Below, piece by piece: positions 60,939 through 64,000 of a stretch of DNA of 64,000 nt (position 1 is the stretch's first letter; every line of letters begins with the position of its first letter). A model generated the notes under the pieces. The model searched no databases, was not told the origin of the DNA, and was given only the letters and a program-made list of their open reading frames with translations. The DNA comes from Anaerolineae bacterium (GTDB lineage: Bacteria; Chloroflexota; Anaerolineae; Epilineales; JAHCIE01), in NCBI GenBank assembly GCA_046328505.1, contig JAXLWL010000003.1, positions 466,181 to 530,180 of the forward strand, read 5' to 3'. The position numbers and the translations under genes were made by a program.

Positions 60939-61358
60939 ATGCCGGTGATGGCGGTTTGTCCCAACCCAGCGTGCAGTGCCGACATGGTGATTCCGCGTCG
61001 AATCGGCGCTCACGTGCGGTGCGAAGAGTGCGACATCGAGTGGATTGTCGAGGACCTGGACCCGGTCGAGCTCGTTCCCGCCGACGATGAGCTGGATGAC
61101 TGGGACGACGAAGCAGGCCTGGCCTCGGACGAGTTAGAGATCGACGAGTCTCCCGTGGCGAGCGACCGCTGGGGCCGCAGCAGTGCGACTGCCGCGCCGC
61201 CGCAAACGCAGTGGGAATGCACCCAGTGCGGCACAATCGCGGTCGGCACCCGCGCACCGCGCCGCTGCCCCGCCTGCGGCGCGGGCAGCGATGCGTTCGT
61301 GATGCTGAGTGAAGAGGACTTCGACACCTCTCTGGACGACGAGGATTTCGAGCCGTAG
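60939..61358 (+). CDS. double zinc-ribbon protein with acidic linker
   Basis: CPNPAC...CEEC and CTQC...CPAC; GGGAG RBS. Confidence 0.7.
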   Translation: MPVMAVCPNPACSADMVIPRRIGAHVRCEECDIEWIVEDLDPVELVPADDELDDWDDEAGLASDELEIDESPVASDRWGRSSATAAPPQTQWECTQCGTIAVGTRAPRRCPACGAGSDAFVMLSEEDFDTSLDDEDFEP

Positions 61359-61381
61359 CAACGGCTCCCAATCTAGAGCCG

Positions 61382-64000
61382 TCACTCCGCCGTCGTGAGG
61401 CTGTACATTCGGAAATTGTCATAGCGCGTGTCACCGTTTGCGACCCATGTCTGGCTCGCCAATCCCTGCCACGCCGGTGACGGCAAGCCCGGAATTGTGA
61501 GACGCGCCAGCTCTTGCCCGTTAGCGTACACGCGTACGCCGTTTCCCTGCCGTAGCGCCATCAAGTGGTTGGGCGTTGTTCCGAGGCGGAGGAACGGTGA
61601 CGCTGTCATCGGGTAGAGCTGCGACTGGTTTCCCCCGACCCACTGCACCACCTGGAACGCGCCGTCGTTGGTTACCTGGAATGCGACCCACTGCGAGCTG
61701 TCATCGCTCAGGCCGAGCATGATACCGTACTGATCAGTCACGTCCTCTGTGCGGCGCCCGTCCAGCTCGACCACCATATCCCCGGTCTTCGCTCCCGGCC
61801 CCGACCGCCCGACTGACAGGCCCACCTGCTTGATGAGAACCTGATACTCGCCGTTCACATAGCCCACCGTGAAGGCCGCGTTGTCCGCCACCGGCCAGCC
61901 GCTGGCCGCGCTGGTGAACGTCTCATTGATGAGCAGCTTCCCGGCGAACACCATCACACTGCTGCCGGACACGACCGGCGTCGCGCTCAATGTGCCGGTG
62001 AACTGGTACTGCTGCCACGTCACGCCGCTCGGCACGACCCCATCGCGGCAGCTCGTCGATTGGCCGACCAGGAACGTCGGCGTATCGCTGCCGGAGAGCG
62101 CGGGAACGGCGCTGCCGTTCTCGCCGACAACGGCCCAGCTATAGGGTACGGTCAACGGCACGCTCGCCCGATTGGTCACCTGGACACACATCCGAATGCC
62201 CTCGCCGGACTTGAAGGCCATCCGCTCGGCGTTCAGGGTATCCGCCGTCCAAGCGCGGTCGATCGTCAGCGTGGGTGGCGGCGTTGTCGGCGTCGGGGTC
62301 AAGGTGATCGTGGGCGTCGGCGTGCTGCCGCCGCTGGGCGTGGCGATAAAGTCGTAGCCAACGTCCTCGACGCCGTAGTAGTGGTGCCAGCTAATCAATG
62401 GCGGGTAGAAAGAGTAGCCGTCCTTCTCCGCCCACAGAGTCACGTCCGCCTGGCCCGGAATATACATGAACTGCGACATATAGAAGCCGTTGGCATCCGT
62501 CGTCGCCACAACCGGACCGGGCGCCTCGGCTCCCAGGTAGAAGTGCAAGTTGACGCCGGCCAGCCCCGGTCCCGCGTCGCTCCCTACGTGCACGTAGCCG
62601 CGCACGCGCACCCCCAGGATCGGTGTTTCCGTGGGAGTGGGCGTCTGGTTGACGGCGCCGGTGACCGTGGCGGTCGCGCTCGGCGTTGGTGTCGGCGTCC
62701 TCGTGGGCGAAGGCGTCGCCGTCGCGGTGGAGGTGGGCGTCAGGGTGGGCGTGCTGCTCGGTGTCGCGGTAGCGGGCAACGTGGCCGTGGCCGTCGGTGT
62801 CGCCGTGAGCGCGGCGAGGCACTGGGTACCGGCGAAGTTGACCTCGCGCGTGCCGCTGCCAGGCAAAGTCAGGCTCACACTCCGCGCTCCGTAGCCAGGC
62901 GCTACCGCCGTGAGGATGTAGTCGCCGGCCAGGAAGTCGAGCATAGGCCCGATGCTGTAGCGCCCGACACTGTCCGTGGCGCCAACGTAGCCGGTTCCTT
63001 CGAGCGTGACCGTCGCTCCGGCGAGGCGCTGGCCGGTGCAGTTCTGCACCGCCCCTGTGATCAGCAACGTTGGCGCGGGTGTCACCGTGAGCGTCGCCGT
63101 CGCACTAGGCGTCGCAGTCAGTGTCGGCGACGCCGTGGCTGTTGCAGATGACGTCGCGGTCGCGCTTGGCGCCGTAGTCCGCGTCGGCGACGCCGTGGCT
63201 GTCGCCGATGACGTGGCGGTCGCGGTCGCGCTCGGTGTCGTCGTCAGCGACGCCCTCACCGTAACCGTCACGGTCGGCGTGGCGCTAACGGTTGGGGTTG
63301 TCGTGCCCGTCGGCGGCTGAGTGGCCGTTCCTGTCGGGCTTGGCGTCTTGGTCGGCGGCGGCGTCAGGGTGAACGTAGGCGTATCTGTCGGCGCCACGGT
63401 TTCGGTCGGCGTGTCCGTGGCCGTCGGGGTCCAGGTCTCGGTTGGCGTCGGCGTATCGGTCGGCGTCGGCGTATCGGTCGGCGTCTCCGTCGCCGTGGGC
63501 GTGAGCGTGGGACGGGGTGTGGCAGTGGGACGCGGGGTCGGCCCCGTCACGGCGCGCATCACCATCGGCAGGTAGCTCTGCCAGGCTTGCAGATGCAGAG
63601 TGATCGACGCCGTAGATTGGTCGCCGTCGGAGTCACGCGCGGTCAGCGTGATTGTGTGATCGCCGGGCGACAGATTCCGTGCGTCGAGCGTCTCGCCCGT
63701 TCCCAGGATGCCATCCCGATCCGACGACCAGGTGAGCGCCGTGCCTGTCAGTGCGCCATCCTCCGGGTCGTCGGCGCTGCCGGACAAAATCACCGGCTGG
63801 CCCTGCACGATATGGTCGCCGTCGCCGGGCGACAGAATCGTCACCCGCGGCGCCTTGCGCGGCACGCTGAGCGCATCGATGTCGGCGAGGGCGGTGTAGA
63901 AGCCGTCGCTGGCGAGAACGCGGATCTGGCCGTAGCTGCTGCCGGGCAGCTCGCGCGTGTCGACGCTGAAGCTCGTCCCTGTCACATCGACGGCAATCGG
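61382..64000 (-). CDS. large secreted surface protein (partial, N-terminus beyond window): Ig/PKD-like module, YLPMV motif, three TP-linkers, two CarbopepD_reg-like domains, C-terminal beta-rich domain
   Basis: open reading frame continues without a stop to 64000; ...[30 protein letters not shown]...; long PT repeats. Confidence 0.8.
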   Translation of the reverse strand, partial: PIAVDVTGTSFSVDTRELPGSSYGQIRVLASDGFYTALADIDALSVPRKAPRVTILSPGDGDHIVQGQPVILSGSADDPEDGALTGTALTWSSDRDGILGTGETLDARNLSPGDHTITLTARDSDGDQSTASITLHLQAWQSYLPMVMRAVTGPTPRPTATPRPTLTPTATETPTDTPTPTDTPTPTETWTPTATDTPTETVAPTDTPTFTLTPPPTKTPSPTGTATQPPTGTTTPTVSATPTVTVTVRASLTTTPSATATATSSATATASPTRTTAPSATATSSATATASPTLTATPSATATLTVTPAPTLLITGAVQNCTGQRLAGATVTLEGTGYVGATDSVGRYSIGPMLDFLAGDYILTAVAPGYGARSVSLTLPGSGTREVNFAGTQCLAALTATPTATATLPATATPSSTPTLTPTSTATATPSPTRTPTPTPSATATVTGAVNQTPTPTETPILGVRVRGYVHVGSDAGPGLAGVNLHFYLGAEAPGPVVATTDANGFYMSQFMYIPGQADVTLWAEKDGYSFYPPLISWHHYYGVEDVGYDFIATPSGGSTPTPTITLTPTPTTPPPTLTIDRAWTADTLNAERMAFKSGEGIRMCVQVTNRASVPLTVPYSWAVVGENGSAVPALSGSDTPTFLVGQSTSCRDGVVPSGVTWQQYQFTGTLSATPVVSGSSVMVFAGKLLINETFTSAASGWPVADNAAFTVGYVNGEYQVLIKQVGLSVGRSGPGAKTGDMVVELDGRRTEDVTDQYGIMLGLSDDSSQWVAFQVTNDGAFQVVQWVGGNQSQLYPMTASPFLRLGTTPNHLMALRQGNGVRVYANGQELARLTIPGLPSPAWQGLASQTWVANGDTRYDNFRMYSLTTAE

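Noticed and set aside
1-64000. Transposase/integrase or other mobile-element protein genes associated with the repeats
   Set aside because: None found; the repeat families appear non-autonomous

Overview
High-GC (~65%) bacterial chromosomal window. Its style points to a filamentous Chloroflexota-like organism: Thr/Pro-rich linkers, DUF11 repeats, cohesin/dockerin modules, and GGAGG ribosome-binding sites throughout. The phylum call is an inference from that style, not a database result. About 55 genes can be supported.

Recognisable content, left to right:
- A LacI-regulated sugar locus: GH42 beta-galactosidase, FGGY kinase, HAD phosphatase, a CUT1 ABC transporter, and lacI with a tandem palindromic operator.
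- Two tandem, recently duplicated secreted HExxH metalloproteases with TP-rich linkers.
- An acyl-CoA dehydrogenase.
- A 2053-aa secreted protein carrying an internal ~500-aa duplication, two FN3 domains, a CarbopepD_reg domain, a dockerin and a cohesin.
- A NUDIX hydrolase.
- Two tandem SulP-STAS-cNMP-binding transporters, the second frameshifted.
- LacD, GlgP and NhaA.
- A lipoprotein with two cohesins and three LysM domains, divergently transcribed from a 1316-aa DUF11-repeat surface protein.
- tex, several small membrane proteins, a double-META lipoprotein, a TolB-like lipoprotein and an S9 peptidase.
- A GNAT / Fe-S(CDGSH) / GNAT triad.
- tig-clpP-clpX, with clpX carrying about ten +/-1 frameshifts.
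- A toxin-antitoxin pair, a GT-C (ArnT/PMT-like) glycosyltransferase, a zinc-ribbon protein, and the start of another large TP-linker surface protein.

Non-coding content includes two families of palindromic MITE/REP-like repeats at gene junctions, several rho-independent terminators and sigma70-like promoters. No rRNA, tRNA, CRISPR array or transposase was seen.

Most interesting:
- A putative cohesin-dockerin/LysM cell-surface assembly.
- A recurrent YLP[LMYI][VIP] motif next to TP linkers in six secreted proteins.
- The indel-riddled clpX.
- The mosaic palindromic repeats.
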